From: Eledone cirrhosa
Lineage: Eukaryota
Length of the DNA: 64,000 nucleotides
Direction of reading: 5' to 3'
Assembly: GCA_964016885.1 (NCBI GenBank)
Contig: OZ024741.1
Coordinates: 13,268,001 to 13,332,000 of the forward strand
The position numbers and the translations under genes are program-made. This document shows, piece by piece, positions 26,926 through 39,313 of this stretch. The first letter of the stretch is position 1; every line of letters starts with the position of its first letter. A model generated the notes under the pieces. It was not told the DNA's origin, ran no database searches, and saw only the letters and a list, made by a program, of their open reading frames with translations.

Positions 26926-28142
26926 TTATATGCATGTGTTTGTAAATCTGTGAATGTCCGTGTGTATGTGTAAGTCTATGTGTGTACATGTGTATGTGTA
27001 AGTAAGTATGTGTGTACGTGTTAGTCTGTGTGTACGTGTGTATGTGTAAGTATGTGTGTACGTGTGTATGTGTAAGTAAGTATGTGTGTATGTGTTAGTC
27101 TGTGTGTATGTGTAAGTAAGTATGTGTGTACGTGTGTATGTGTAAGTAAGTATGTGTGTGTGATGTAAGTTTGTATGTATGTAAAAGGAGTGGGGTGAGG
27201 TAAACCTGAATCGACGGCAAACGCCATATTGAGATACAAGTATAATAATGGCAGTAGGAGGGGGAGGAGGAGTGAGAGATAGATTAATAGATAAAGAGAG
27301 AATGAGGGAGGGAAAGAGGAGAAATATTATAGTTTGATGTAGAGAGGAAGAGAGAGAGAAAATGGGAGGGAGGAAGAGAAAGAGAAGGGAGGGAGAGAGA
27401 GAGAGAGAAAAAGAGAGAGAGAGAAAAAGAGAGGGAGAGAGAGAAAGAAGAGAGGGGGACGGAGAGAGAAAGAGAGGGATAAAAAGAGAGGGAGAGAGAG
27501 AAAGAGAGAGAGGGAGGGAGAGAGCGAAAGAAGAGGGAGGGAAAGTGGAGGGAGGGAAAGTGGAGAAAGAGAGAGAGAGAGAGAGAGAGAGACAGGGAGG
27601 GAGAGAGAGAGAAAGAGGGGGGGGGGGGGAGAGAGAGAAAAAGAGAGGGAGAGAGAGAAAGAGAGAGAGAGGGAGGGAGAGATAAAGAAGAGTGAGGGAA
27701 AGAGGAGAAAGAGAGAGAGAGAGATATGGAGGGAGGGAGAGAGAGAAAGAAGAGGGAGGGAAAGAGGAGAAAGAGAGAACTAGTTTGTTGTAGAGAGGGG
27801 GCGGGAGATATTAAGTTATTTAGCCTCCTGAAGGATGACCGGAGGAGGAGCTGTGATGAAGGGTATGACAGCCGTCACTATCACTATACGGCATCTACTG
27901 TCATGTCCTAAATTATGGCTGTATTTGAGGGAGATTTGACTACTAGTTCTAGAGATCGAGAGACCACTTAAAGGTGTGAAAAAAGAATGAAAAGAGACAG
28001 TGTGTGTGAGAAAGAGAGAGAGAATGATACGGTTGACGCACTCACACACACACACACACATACACACATATATATAGTTGAAAAGAACAAACAAAACGCA
28101 GGAGGCAATTGTACACGGCTGTACTAGGTTCACGCTTGGAGT

Positions 28143-28233
28143 CCCGGGTTCAATCGGGGGTAACCACAGTAAGGTGCTCAATAGATAGAGTACATACAAG
28201 ATTTAATGAAACAGTTCTAGTCTTGTAGAAGCC

Positions 28234-28238
<5 letters not shown>
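28143..28238 (-). mobile_element. Family A partial copy (inverted tail plus HHR 3' half)
   Basis: 'cccgggttcaatcgggggtaaccacagtaag..ctcaata' and 'gaaacagttctagtcttgtagaagcc'. Confidence 0.65.
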
Positions 28239-28292
<54 letters not shown>

Positions 28293-28335
28293 ATAACAAG
28301 GACGATTGGTTACTCTTCCATTACGTTTATTGGTT

Positions 28336-28420
28336 GGTGACGCGCGTTTCGCCACTGACCAGCTCAAGGTTCGATCTGTATCGATCTGACCTGACTCTGT
28401 AATTTGCGGCTCGTCAGACC
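28336..28420 (-). ncRNA. Canonical type I HHR in a ~215-bp insert (28291-28507) in (TA)n
   Basis: Minus: ggt CTGACGA gcc...ggc GAAAC-gcgc-GTC acc, then AATAAA. Confidence 0.88.
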
Positions 28421-28504
28421 CTTTGTAATGTTAGTGGAAGAAGTGAACCTAAACATCGAGTGCTCACCCGGGTGAACCTACAGTAACACCAAGTTACACT
28501 CCCT

Positions 28505-28588
<84 letters not shown>

Positions 28589-28592
<4 letters not shown>

Positions 28593-28855
28593 ATGTAATA
28601 AACAACATAAGACAATTATTCCATTTACCAAAGGTTTAACGAAGACAGACGAGCTCGACACAGACGTCTGAAATCGCTCAAAAAATGTTTCATTCTGACG
28701 AACGATTTCAGACGTCTGTGTCGAGCTCGTCTGTCTTTGTGAAACCTTTGGTATATGGAATAATTGTCTTATGTTGTTTATTACATAACTAAATAGCTCT
28801 GTAGCTTACATAGAGTACCCTCCTTTCCTTTATTACCTTTCCTACGGAAATATTT
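28589..28855 (+). mobile_element. Fold-back mini-element (arms 28589-28676 / 28703-28790) with HHR 28691-28757
   Basis: CTGACGA ac...gt GAAACC-ttt-GGTA tatg; ~88-bp arms; tail with 'tagagtacc'. Confidence 0.8.
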
Positions 28856-28866
28856 AATATATATAT

Positions 28867-29072
28867 ATTGGAAAATGTGTGAGATCCTTGGTACAGTTAG
28901 GTATATTTGAAAAAAAGGAAAAGAATGACTTCACTTGTAGTGTTAAAAAATGTTTATTATAATATAATATTATAAAATTAAATCAAACATTTTTTAACAC
29001 TACAAGTGAAGTCATTCTTTTCCTTTTTTTCAAATATACCTAACTGTACCAAGGATCTCACACATTTTCCAA
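28867..29072. repeat. Long inverted repeat (~88-bp arms), probably tail-to-tail PLE 3' ends without HHR
   Basis: ttggaaaatgtgtgagatccttggtacag...aaaaaatgttt / aaacattttttaac...ctcacacattttccaa in (TA)n. Confidence 0.75.
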
Positions 29073-29099
29073 CATATATATACATATATATATATATAT

Positions 29100-29601
29100 A
29101 AATTTCGTATTTCTAAAGAAATACGGTTTTAGGAAGCCGTAGCTATACAAACACCGGGGGGGGGGGCTAACGCCCTCTGGTGGTGTCCAGCAGAAGCAAG
29201 AGGGACAACCGTCTATGCATTTCAGGCTTGACTGGCTTTCGTCAGGACGGTCCTTCCCACCGCTTGCTACTGCTGGACTTGAAAACAGACGAGAATATAT
29301 AGTTTTCTCGTCTGTGTAAATGAGGTGATTAATCTCATTTGCATATGAAGCTGCATAAGTTGGCTCAACTTATAATAGAAAAGAAATAAGATTTCGCTTC
29401 AAGCATACAATATGTATAGAAATTTCGTATTTCTAAAGAAATACGGTTTTAGGAAGCCGTAGCTATGCAGCACCGAGGGGGTTAACACCCTCTGGTGGTG
29501 TAGAGCAGAAGCAAGGGGGACAACCGTCTATGCATTTCTGGCTTGAGTGGCCTTCGTCAGGACGGTCCCACCCACCGCTTGCTACTGCTGGACTTGAAAA
29601 C
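29100..29601 (-). mobile_element. Retrozyme-like tandem unit (~315-320-bp period, 1.6 copies) with two type I HHRs (29209-29250, 29524-29565)
   Basis: Minus: ccgtc CTGACGA a(a/g)gcc-a(g/c)tca-agcc(t/a) GAAAT-gc-ATA gacgg, twice; no ORF; (TA)n on both sides. Confidence 0.8.
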
Positions 29602-29822
29602 ATATATATATATATATATACGTTTAAATTTGGTGGTTTACAACTGGGTAGAATTGGTCATTCTGCAATGTTAATCATGACATAATATGAGAAAAGCACT
29701 CGACGTTATGCAACTCATCCATCTTTGATGTTAGTGGTACAGGAACAGAGTCAAATGTATTATAAAGTGAAATAACAGGAGGCCAAATATGTTGAATTTC
29801 CTTAATTATTTATTTCTGTAAA

Positions 29823-29878
29823 CACTATGCACATTTCAGTGGCCAGGTTGCGTAAGAACCCGGTGACATCTTCAGGTA
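29823..29878 (-). ncRNA. Type I HHR in a pLTR-like insert (~29622-29950)
   Basis: Minus: tac CTGAAGA tgtcac...gccact GAAAT-gtgc-ATA gtg, then AAATAAA; stem II imperfect. Confidence 0.6.
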
Positions 29879-30313
29879 AAAATTTCATAATAGATGTATA
29901 TAAACAAAATGATGGTAAACACATTCCAAGAGGCTTTAAAGAAACAAGCAAAGAAAAAGCAGAGAAGAAAAAGTGTTTATGATTTTGACCCAGAGACTAT
30001 CGAAGCAGGATGTTGTTAAAATGCCCCGCCGTCTTCCTGTGTGTCCCCTCCATTCGATTTGTTTACTTCGTTTTATCCTCTTTCCTTTTTTCTCTTTCTT
30101 CCTCTCTCTTCACTATCTTTTCTTTCCCTCAGAGCCTTTTAATTGATAAAAGGCATTGGGCGCGCTGCTGATCGATTTCGGTATCCTGTTTTAAGCGCCG
30201 AAACATCTATGATCCGCGATTAACAGCTGAAGAAGGGTTTCTTCTCTTGTTTACGTCCATATTACCATCTTATACATTGTTTACAGTAACCACACAGCCT
30301 GCTTCGTTTCTTG

Positions 30314-30355
<42 letters not shown>

Positions 30356-30356
<1 letters not shown>

Positions 30357-31899
30357 TTAAGTCGTTTGAAAGCCTCGACAATGCAAATGGGTAAATCTCC
30401 GGGTAACAAGGTCCGGTGGTGGAGAGAGAGATGTAAGTGGGTGTACGTTGAGATGCGTGTTGTGTATAAGATGTGTAGAATGAAGGGAAGAGTATAAAGG
30501 ATAAAATTAAAATAACAACACAAGAGAGAGTTACCTTGGGAGAGATTTAATAGTCCCTACATATTTCGGATTCACATCCATCAACTGGGGTTTTTTCCGG
30601 GGTGGGGGAAAATGTGTCTGTCGGACAAGTCCGGAACGCGTCCTTCGCTGTTTGTTGTTTTGAATATCTGAGGTATTCGGCATAGCGCGCGTGCGCGTGA
30701 AATGGGGTCGGTCGTACAGAGGTCAGCGGCCGAATGAGGGAGTGGGATGGCGCTAGCTGTCAGTCCATTCTCTGCCTGTTTGTTAAATGTTACTGTGTGT
30801 GTGTGTGCGTGTGTTGTTGTCTCGCTTGAGTGTGTGTGTGTGTGCGTGTGTTGTTGCCTTGTTCCTCTGTATTGGCAGTGTAGTATGTTCGTATGGTGGA
30901 ATGCTACTGTGTGTGTGTGCGTGTGTGTGTGTAGTTGTCTCGTTTGTGTGTGTGTGTGCGTGTGTTGTTGCATCGCTTGTTAACTTAAACCAGCCATCTC
31001 ATTTCGCTTCTCTCTGATCGGTTGTTTATTTGCGGTTGCAGTCGTTTGATAAAAAGCGCTTCCTTGATACGTAACGTGCCGACGTTTCTTTCAGTCGCTA
31101 GAATTGTGACAATGGGCCTTCCGTCTTTGTTTCCGCATTTGTCTATGTGTTTCCAGAAAGACGAGGCCCTGGTTTTAGTGTGTTCCTTGATCCGGATGTG
31201 CAAAGGTCGAATTGTGCTACCTATGTAGTATTGGTTGCACCTGTCACATTCTATCTTATACACGACGTATGTGCGTAGGCAACAGTTCGCATGGCGTATC
31301 GGGCAGTCTCTGGGGGAGCATGCGTCAGTAGATTTTTCGGGTTTCCTGGAGAGGCATCTTCGCAGGGAGGGGCCCGAGTGGGCCAAGTGGATGTCGAGGC
31401 CCTCCCTCCGTATAGCCTTGCGGATAGCGTTGGTGGTTTTCTCGCCCAGGTGTGGCATTTTAAGGAAGCACTTGCCTTGGGTGCTTCTCTGTCTCTTGCG
31501 TCTGGTGTCAACTATTCTGTCTGTGATCGAGGTAGGGTACCCGTTCGTCTCCAGCACCTCGAGGAATCGCTTGGTATGAGTGACACCACTCGTGGGATCG
31601 CTGCATCTGTTTTTGATTCGCGCGATCTCGTTCGTGATGTATCCTCTTTTGGCACTCTTAGGGAGAGCGGACTTGTAGTGAACGAATAGGTCCCTGCAGG
31701 CTGCCTTTCGGTAGAAGTTGCAGTGGATCCTTCCCTGTTCCGTGATGTTGATTCGGAAGTCGAGGAGGGCAAGTGACCCGTCTTCGTTGGGGTGTTCAAC
31801 ACTGAAGTCAATGTTCTCGTCCGTGTTGTTGAACGTCTCATAGATTCTGTTCGCGGTGTCTTGGGAAGATGTGAGGATGAGGATATCGTCCACGTACCT
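30356..31899 (-). mobile_element. Penelope-like element (Penelope/Poseidon-type), 5'-truncated at the RT YVDD motif; GIY-YIG, 3' UTR and degenerate HHR
   Basis: ORF 30985-31893: (RYV)DDIL, FSVEHPNEDGSLALLD, FYRK, CxxxxCPI, VVYKIECDRCNQYYIGST.RPL..RIKEH, IKEALFI...P.IN; HHR-like remnant at 30553-30590 (gat-gtga-atcc GAAAT-at-GTA ggg); flanked by (TA)n. Confidence 0.92.
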
Positions 31900-32027
31900 T
31901 GATATATATATATATATATATATATATTCATTTTATTAAGACTAAATAGTGAGTCTTGTTACTCTGGAGGTTAATCTGTTTATCAGAGGGTCATCAGATA
32001 AGTACTTGCTTGATGGCCCTCAGATAA

Positions 32028-32168
32028 TGACTTCTACGGGACTAGTACTGTTACATTCAGTTGAAATCACCAGAAACTTTCCCGGTGATTTCCACCGAAT
32101 AGAACAGTGTTAGAGCCAACTGTAATACACTCTCTATTGCATTGAGTTCCTTATAGAACAACGGAAAC

Positions 32169-32172
<4 letters not shown>
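32028..32172 (+). mobile_element. Old diverged family A fold-back element
   Basis: 'cttctacgggactagtactgttacattc..gaaatcacc / ggtgatttc..gaatagaacagtgttag' plus 'cattgagttcc'. Confidence 0.55.
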
Positions 32173-32254
<82 letters not shown>

Positions 32255-32350
32255 TTAATATCATTGAATATTTACTCTAGGAACTTGTTGAGTGCTCTAA
32301 ACATTTATATTTATATTTGTCGGATTTCCAACAAATTAAATATCCCTTCT

Positions 32351-32414
<64 letters not shown>

Positions 32415-32417
<3 letters not shown>

Positions 32418-32760
32418 ATAAAAGAGAAAACACAGGTAAGCATTAAAAAAAGGATTTTATCCAGGTATTTACGACCGTTTCATTGGTAAGCGCAAACTTA
32501 TATCGCTATACTGCAAATAGCAGCCACTCGATAATAACTGTTATTGCGCTTACCAATGAAACGGTCGTAAATACCTGGATCAAATCATGTTTTCAATGCT
32601 TACCTGTGTTTTCTCTTTTATTGTTTATACTCCAAGATTGAACGGGATTTACTAACCAGATTCTTGCAAACTTGTGAAGTTACCCCTAACCGTACGTTGG
32701 AAACCGTCCAAGAAACTAGTTATCGCTGTACATGGCTGAATACATGACAGCAAGGGACTC
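32415..32760 (+). mobile_element. Fold-back mini-element (arms 32415-32495 / 32544-32624) containing only the HHR 3' half
   Basis: GAAAC-ggtc-GTA in the right arm, mirrored in the left; CTGANGA absent. Confidence 0.75.
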
Positions 32761-32940
32761 ATTCTACTGGCATGGCTTATAAAAGAGGCTGCTTGCATAA
32801 TTGCAAACGAATCGAATGTTATTATTAATATTCGAAAAACTCAGATTACATTTATTATATATATATACACATGTATGTATATATGTGCATAGACACACAC
32901 ACACATATATATACATATATATATATGTGTGTGTATGTAC

Positions 32941-33140
<200 letters not shown>

Positions 33141-33141
33141 G

Positions 33142-33175
<34 letters not shown>

Positions 33176-33176
33176 C

Positions 33177-33263
<87 letters not shown>

Positions 33264-33582
33264 CACTAACATATATACGCTTGGAGTAAATTAATAGTTC
33301 CATATATTTGTACTTCCTAGTGTATTTGGCGTATATATCCTTACATAAATATTATATTTCATATATACACAAATATATACATGTATACATACATATATAC
33401 ATATATACATATATACATATATATATATATATACATATATAGATATATACATATATAAATACATATATACATACATACATGTATACATACGTACATATAT
33501 ACCTATATACATACATACATATATATGCACATACATATATACGTAAATGCATACATATATACGTACATACATACATATATAC

Positions 33583-34187
33583 ATGGTGGCTGCCAACTCG
33601 TTTTCGAGTACGGCCACTACTTTATATCCATGTAGGAGAACCCCTACCGATGCGCTGAACGAGTGTGACTTTTTAGTCCAGCCAGCGACTTGAAAACTCT
33701 GGTACAAACACTACACTTGTGACAATTATTGACACAGTGCTGGGCTCATGGTACCATGTGACGACAAGTGCAGAGAGATCTCCAGATATAAAGCAATGCC
33801 TGTGCCGTGAAGCTTTTATAGTGAGCAAAGGCACTGCACAAAGCCAGTCCCACTCTCTTAACCAAGATGATATTTACCAAAAAGAACAAGTCAACATCAT
33901 TGGATACCATCAGGGTTGCAGGTGTTATATCAGAGTTTTCCTTCTCCTAGAATTCTGCCTTGACAAAGGATAAGGGGTCATCTCTCCCGGTGATTTTGGA
34001 TGGCCATTGACTCTTAAGAGCTCCTTTGCCCTTTGACAGGTTTTGTTTTTAGTCCTGCAGGATGTCCAAAGTCACCCTCCTCACCAAGAAACCTTGGTGG
34101 GGTTGCCAGTTTAGTCGCCAACGACCCGACCATAAGACAGGTTGTATTGGGACACATGTTACCAGTAGCACCAAGTGGTGACCTGAC
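33583..34187 (-). mobile_element. ~605-bp non-autonomous RTE derivative (putative 5' UTR fused to ZnF 3' end)
   Basis: 33583-34012 is near-identical to 23970-24379; continues without a break into a GC-richer 175-bp head ('ggtcaccacttgg...gggtcgttggcgactaaactggc'); TACA-type repeats on both sides. Confidence 0.65.
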
Positions 34188-35039
34188 ATATACATACATA
34201 CATATATACATACATACATACATATATATGTACATACATATATACGTAAATACATACATATATATGTACATACATACATATATACATATATGTATACGTA
34301 CATACATACATATATACGTACATACATATATACGTACATACATACATATATACGTACATACATACATATATACGTACATACATACATGCATATATACGTA
34401 CATACATATATACGTACATACATATATACGTAAATACATACATATATACGTACATACATACACACATACAGACATACATATATACGTACATACATACGTA
34501 CATACATACATAATACATATATACATACATACATATATACACCGTTGGTGTGTGTATGTGTGTGTGCGTATGAAAGGAAGAAATGTGAATGAAATAAAGA
34601 AAAGAAAGAGAGAGAGAGAGAGAGAGTAAGGTGGTAGGGGAGTAGAAGGAGGGGTGCAGACTTGATGAGATGTAGTATGAGGAACATCAATTAACAAACG
34701 CATTCTTTCGTTATCTCCCTTCTCTCCTCTTTCTATTCCTCTCGTCTCTATTTCTTACTTTCATTCACCGTGTTGCACATACACATGCAATCAGAACAGG
34801 CGTGACACTTCAGATGAAAAGATGCGAGACGTTGTGGTATTCAAGCCGTTCCCTCCCGATTCCTAACTGACCATTCACTCGACAGTATTACCATCATAGA
34901 AGCCATGATGGAGAGGAATCGATTTATCTGTTGCTGTTCTACGCGATATCACGCACACACACACACACACACACGCGCACATGCACACACACATACACGC
35001 ACACACACATACACACACGCACACACACATATATATAAG

Positions 35040-35233
35040 TTTATCCCGGGTTGAATCGGGGGTAACCACAGTAAGTAAAGTACTCAATACAAAGCAGGGT
35101 ATAAATATTTAATATAGAAAAGGCTTCTACAGGACTAGAACTGTTTCATTCGAGAGAAATCATCAGGAAGCCCTGATGATTTCTCCCGAATGAAACAGTT
35201 CTAGTCCTGTAGAAGCCTTTTCTATATTAAATA
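35040..35233 (-). mobile_element. Family A fold-back HHR mini-element, reverse orientation
   Basis: Tail 35040-35100; arms 35103-35167 / 35172-35234. Confidence 0.85.
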
Positions 35234-35439
35234 TATATATATACACACAAACACGCGCGCGCGCGCACACACACACACGCACACACACACACACACACAT
35301 GTGTATATATATATATATATATATATACTACGTATATTTGGAAAACGAAGAATATCACCGCACATTAGCCCTCCTCCATATTGGCACAGCGACCTCCGTA
35401 AATTTCATACACATACACACACATATATATGTGTGTGTA

Positions 35440-35630
35440 TTGTATGGCGTGAAGCGACTGAGAGTACAAGACTCCCCCCTGGATAGGACGCCAGTGATCG
35501 AAGGGTTTAAATTCCCCCAGCTATTGCTAATTTTCAGCTGAGTATACTGGAGCAACGTGGAATGAAGTAAGTGTCTTGCTCAAGAACACAACACAGGAAT
35601 CGAACCCATAACATTATGATTGTAAGTCCG
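35440..35630 (-). mobile_element. tRNA-derived SINE, second family
   Basis: Minus: gggttcgattcc...ttcttgagcaagacactt...gttgctccag; matches 37401-37520. Confidence 0.7.
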
Positions 35631-35648
35631 ACACACAGACAGACACAG

Positions 35649-35705
<57 letters not shown>

Positions 35706-35712
<7 letters not shown>

Positions 35713-36079
35713 AAAAAGAGATGAAATCGAAAATGCAACTGGAGTCTTATTTTTTTAAATTTTTTTTAAAAATATATATATTTATTTGGTTCCTTTACCG
35801 GTTTCGCAGTTCTTCTGCTTTTCAAAAGGTGAGTTGAGATGGAGGGTCTGTGGTTTTTCTCTCAGATGTGAGAAAAACCACAGACCCTCCATCTCAACTC
35901 ACCTTTTGAAAAGCAGAAGAACTGCGAAACCGGTAAAGGAACCAAATAAATATATATATTTTAAAAAAAATTTAAAAAAATAAGACTCCAGTTGCATTTT
36001 CGATTTCATCTCTTTTTCTTTATACTTTCACTCGTGTAGGACACCTCGGTTATTTTTCATTTTGTAAAAAAAACCTCAC

Positions 36080-36087
<8 letters not shown>
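35706..36087 (+). mobile_element. Perfect ~156-bp-arm palindrome (35706-36024) with HHR 3' half and tail
   Basis: Arms appear mismatch-free around the 8-nt loop tcagatgt; GAAAC-cg-GTA aagg then AATAAA; related copy at 37191-37382. Confidence 0.85.
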
Positions 36088-36119
<32 letters not shown>

Positions 36120-36121
<2 letters not shown>

Positions 36122-36477
36122 AACACAATATCGGAGAAAGCTTTTTAGCGATACTTCGGCCAAATTCCAACTCACTCAACAAACATTAGGAAATAAGTGA
36201 TTATATTCCCAATTATGTGTTCGGAGTGCTAACTAAAAGTATTGCGTGGAAAAATGGCTGTATTATTTCATGAGACATATCTAACATATCTCTTCCCAGA
36301 CGGACGTCTCGTTTCATTATAGGACTCCTACAATTTGGGTGAAATTATACCAATTTATGTAGGAGCTTGTATACCATCAATAGATATATATTCAAGTGGG
36401 CTCCTATAATTCATCAGTGGGTGCCCCAATAATACTAATATTGATAATCTCACCAACATCAGCATTTAGCGATAATC

Positions 36478-36480
<3 letters not shown>
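36120..36480 (-). mobile_element. PLE pLTR with long-stem-II HHR (36295-36421)
   Basis: Minus: ccca CTGATGA attatagga...tcctataat GAAACG-agacgtc-CGTC tggg. Confidence 0.82.
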
Positions 36481-36538
<58 letters not shown>

Positions 36539-36544
36539 TACATA

Positions 36545-36981
36545 TGGGGACAGCGTGTATTTTATCTTCGGGAGGACTACTGGATTTCTGAGCTACCAGT
36601 CTCTTCTTAACGCTAAGTGAGACCATCACCATTCTATTAATGTCGATGTAATTTTTATATCGATATTATTTGGGCATCCACTGATGAGTTTATAAGAGCC
36701 CGCTTGTGTATAAAACTATGGATTATATACAACTTTCTACATAACCTGGAAATTATTTATCCCAAATTGTAGAAATCTTATAACGAAACGGCCGTCTGGA
36801 AGGAAAGAGATATTTATTTAATAATGCCTCATAAAATAATACAACCAGCTATCCACGAAATACTGATTAGTTAGCACCCCAAACACTAAATTAGGATAAT
36901 ACTTAAGTATATCCTAATGTTTGTTGAGTGAGATGGAGTTGGTCGGAGTATCGCTTAAGGCTTTCTCTGTTTATGTATTGA

Positions 36982-36985
<4 letters not shown>
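36545..36985 (+). mobile_element. Related PLE 3' end (GIY-YIG C-terminal remnant plus pLTR) with HHR 36677-36800
   Basis: LREDYWISEL remnant at ~36566; tcca CTGATGA gtttataaga...tcttataac GAAAC-ggcc-GTC tgga. Confidence 0.85.
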
Positions 36986-37048
<63 letters not shown>

Positions 37049-37071
37049 TAAAATAACATATCAAAGTTTAA

Positions 37072-37155
<84 letters not shown>

Positions 37156-37190
37156 TGAGGTTTTTTAAATAAAAAAAACACGGTTGAAAG

Positions 37191-37382
37191 TATAAGGAAA
37201 AGAAATCGAAAATACAACTGGAGTCTTTTTAAGAATATTTATTTATTTCCTCAGATGCGAGAAAAACCACAAACCCCCCATCTCAATTCTACTTTTGAAA
37301 AGCACAAGAACTGTGAAACCGGTAAAGGGAATAAATATTCTTAAAAAGAGTCCAGATGCATTTTCGATTCCTCTTCCTTATA
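37191..37382 (+). mobile_element. Diverged relative of the 35706 fold-back element with shorter arms (~52 bp)
   Basis: tcagatgcgagaaaaaccac...GAAAC-cg-GTA aaggg AATAAA; arms 37191-37242 / 37330-37382. Confidence 0.75.
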
Positions 37383-37400
37383 TATATATATAAATATAGT

Positions 37401-37520
37401 GAAGGCGTGTGGCTGAGTGGTTAGAGAACTGGATTCGCAATCGTGAGGTTGTGAGTTCGATTCCTGGACTGGGCGATGCATTATGTCCTTGAGCAAGACA
37501 CTTTATTTCATGTTGCTCCT
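37401..37520 (+). mobile_element. tRNA-derived SINE (5' part)
   Basis: A box tggctgagtgg, B box gttcgattcc, followed by 'tgtccttgagcaagacacttt'. Confidence 0.8.
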
Positions 37521-38102
37521 TCTACCTGGAGTTGCGACCGATAGATAGCAATTGGAAAGACCAATGGAAACACTGTTTCCTCGGTCCGATTTGACGAAAG
37601 TCGATCGTTAGGAATATATAAATAAATATATATATATATATAGCTAACACCACATCTTTAGCTGAAGCAGTAAATAACTATAAAAAGAAAAAAATAGATT
37701 TCAAGCTATCGTGGGATACATTCTACAAAGAACTCAATATCTTGGGAACAGGAGAGAATGCAGATTATGTTCCGGAGAGATCTTGGAAATTACTAAATCT
37801 AAGGACGATTTATTGAATAAAAGACAAGAACTGATTATAGCTTGTAATCACCGTATACGAAAAACATTTAAGTACTATAAACCTAATTAAACATTCTAAA
37901 TAGCAGCTCACTATAGTTCTATGTGATGTACCTTTTTGTTAGTATCCCCCTCTCCTAATTATACGCGTTTTAGCTATATGTCAACATGCAATTATCTGGG
38001 ATTGATTACTTATATATAGACCCACTTGAAAATATTTACTATTTTATATTTTATGATACATCATACGCTATACTATACTATATACAAGGTACAATAATGC
38101 AC

Positions 38103-38452
38103 TGAGTTGGGAGTATCGGTAGAGTGTCGGACATGCTTTCCAGCATAGTTATGTCCCTTTACGATCTGAGTTCAAATCCCGCCGAGGTTAACTTTGCCTT
38201 TCATCCTTACGGGGTCGATAAAATAAAGTACCAGTAATATACTGGAATAATTGCTGGCCTTGTGCCAAAAGTAGAAACAATTATATTATTGTATTTTATT
38301 ATCTTATTAGCATAGAGTTACGTCCCTTTATGATCTGAGTTCAAATCCCGCCGAGGTTAACTTTGCCTTTCATCCTTACGGGGTCGATAAAATAAAGTAC
38401 CAGTAATGCACTGGGTAATTGCTGGCCTTGTGCCTAAAGTAGAAACAATTAT
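38103..38452 (+). mobile_element. SINE with tandem duplication of its 3' ~140 bp
   Basis: 'gatctgagttcaaatcccgccgagg...agtagaaacaatta' occurs twice. Confidence 0.8.
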
Positions 38453-38884
38453 CTTATTATAATTTTCATCTTTTAATATACTATCCTTCCCAGTTATGAC
38501 TATTACTTTACCTAACTATATTTATCCTAGTTATATCCGTATATTTTATATTTCTTTATTTATATTCACCTAAAAACTCCTTACAATACAACTCAACATA
38601 TAAATTTTACATCCCTTTTTAAACTTCACTCCACCATCTACATTCAACTATCAATACAACAATCCCTTTTCTTCATAGGTTCTTCATAGTAATTCTATTT
38701 TTAACACCTTTCAACCATTCCTTTCAAAAGGTCATGACCTTAACTAAAGTGAGTTATATTTCGTCTTAACATCATATGGCAAAAGACCATTTGATTGGTT
38801 TGTTCTTCAGCTACCTCCAAATAAGGTCATAGAACTCAATTTACTATTGATTTTGAATAACATTTTCATTGCTTTTGACAACGG

Positions 38885-39005
38885 CTGACGATATACACGT
38901 AGGTAAATATATTCCTTATTTTATATTTTGTAACTAACCTTACATAGATCGATAACGAAATATGCGTACGATGTATTATTATCACCTAGAAACGATCGTA
39001 AAGCA
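38885..39005 (+). ncRNA. Candidate degenerate HHR in a PLE-like 3' UTR (~38460-39190)
   Basis: CTGACGA ... taggt/accta GAAAC-gatc-GTA; stem I unclear. Confidence 0.4.
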
Positions 39006-39187
39006 GTGAAGTATATTCCTAATGACTTGAATTTTTATTTCATTGTTTTAACTTATATCATGACTCTGTTTTCCTTTTGATGTTTTATTGTTTTCCGGGA
39101 TTTATTTTAACCCACAAGATTATCAACATATGGATTACATTGAGTTCTTCATGCAGACTAGACCCCACAACCTACCGTGGATATTTC

Positions 39188-39284
<97 letters not shown>

Positions 39285-39313
39285 GTGGTTACACAACAGT
39301 TAGTTCACCATAC

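Noticed and set aside
30165-30260. HHR from GAAAC (30200) and CTGAAGA (30227)
   Set aside because: Could not assemble consistent stems in type I or type III topology
37401-37475. tRNA gene
   Set aside because: A/B boxes continue into a SINE body and the cloverleaf is not intact
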